From contig JBIIGV010000065.1 of assembly GCA_044236265.1 (NCBI GenBank), positions 1 through 16,098 of the forward strand: 16,098 nt of DNA. The letters run 5' to 3'. Every line of letters begins with the position of its first letter. The stretch's first letter is position 1. The notes beneath the pieces are model-generated. The model made no database searches and was not told the DNA's origin. It worked only from the letters and a program-made list of their open reading frames with translations. Shown piece after piece: positions 15,479 through 16,098 of the stretch. The DNA is from Oligoflexales bacterium (GTDB lineage Bacteria > Bdellovibrionota_B > Oligoflexia > Oligoflexales > RGVZ01). Position numbers and translations under genes: made by a program.

Positions 15479-16098
15479 TTTGATAAGGCCAGTAAGAAAA
15501 GCTTTGTCGCAGATGGAGTCATTACCATTTATTGAAAAGATCTCTCCGACGGTTGCGCACAACCAGTCCGTTGAGGATCTTGGCGGTTATCTCGCAAGTC
15601 AACGGATATCGTTTCAATGTGCTTCGGAAGTGGCGACTATGTTGCAGCCAGGCTGGACTGAAAAAGATACGGCTCGTCTGATGGAAACGTGGTTGCGCGA
15701 TCATGGCATCAAGCATTTTTTTCACAAACCTTTTGTTTGGTGGGGATCACGTACGAGATTCGACGGCGTCAAAAATTACAGGGACTACCAACCTACGTCC
15801 CGTCGTTTACTCGAAGGAGAGTTGTTTATTCTAGACGTCGCGCCAATCGTCAATGGTTACATATCAGACATAGGTTACTCAGGAGTTATTGGTGACTCTA
15901 AGAGTTTTACGACAGGTAGAGATTTTTTACGCTCGCTACGCGAGGATATCCCTGCATTGGTTTCGGAGCTTTGCAGCGGGGCGGCTGTTTGGAAAGCCAT
16001 CGATGAAAAGATAAAGGCAGCAGGATATGACAATATTCACGCCAAATACCCCTTTGGCGTGTTAGGACATCGCGTTCATAAGGCGAAAAATAATGGGG
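15465..16098 (+). CDS. M24 family metallopeptidase (partial; runs off the window end and is absent from the ORF track)
   Basis: GGGAG RBS and ATG 15465, with the frame open to the window end. Hand translation gives ...LQPGWTEKD...FFHKPFVWWG...FILDVAPIVNGYISDIGYS...YPFGVLGHRVH..., containing the M24 metal ligands D, D and H. Confidence 0.87.
   Translation, partial: MLMRDLIRPVRKALSQMESLPFIEKISPTVAHNQSVEDLGGYLASQRISFQCASEVATMLQPGWTEKDTARLMETWLRDHGIKHFFHKPFVWWGSRTRFDGVKNYRDYQPTSRRLLEGELFILDVAPIVNGYISDIGYSGVIGDSKSFTTGRDFLRSLREDIPALVSELCSGAAVWKAIDEKIKAAGYDNIHAKYPFGVLGHRVHKAKNNG

Noticed and set aside
15522..15895. ORF-track entries 15522-15725 (-) and 15689-15895 (+)
   Set aside because: Both overlap the real M24 peptidase frame starting at 15465, which the track missed because it has no stop within the window.

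Overview
Bacterial chromosomal window, gene-dense and of moderate GC. Gene content tentatively suggests a Bdellovibrionota/Oligoflexia-like host (inference only). From left to right: (1) aat. (2) A monocistronic lipoprotein with an extreme Tyr-rich, prion-like C-terminus and a strong terminator. (3) A 1,128-bp non-autonomous IS66-derived element (1523-2650) with imperfect terminal IRs and a perfect 8-bp target-site duplication GTTAAGTC; it has lost tnpB/tnpC, keeps a frameshifted tnpA and carries an intact orphan lipoprotein passenger gene. (4) A tightly coupled minus-strand operon joining the mevalonate pathway (class II HMG-CoA reductase, PMK, MvaD, MVK) to futalosine-pathway menaquinone genes (mqnD, and an unusual 718-aa MqnE fused to a degenerate, cluster-less radical-SAM barrel), then a small membrane protein and DedA. 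(5) Divergently, rhomboid-rmuC. (6) An overlapping three-gene unit of AurF-like diiron oxygenase, epoxide-hydrolase-like alpha/beta hydrolase and M24 metallopeptidase, which runs off the window.
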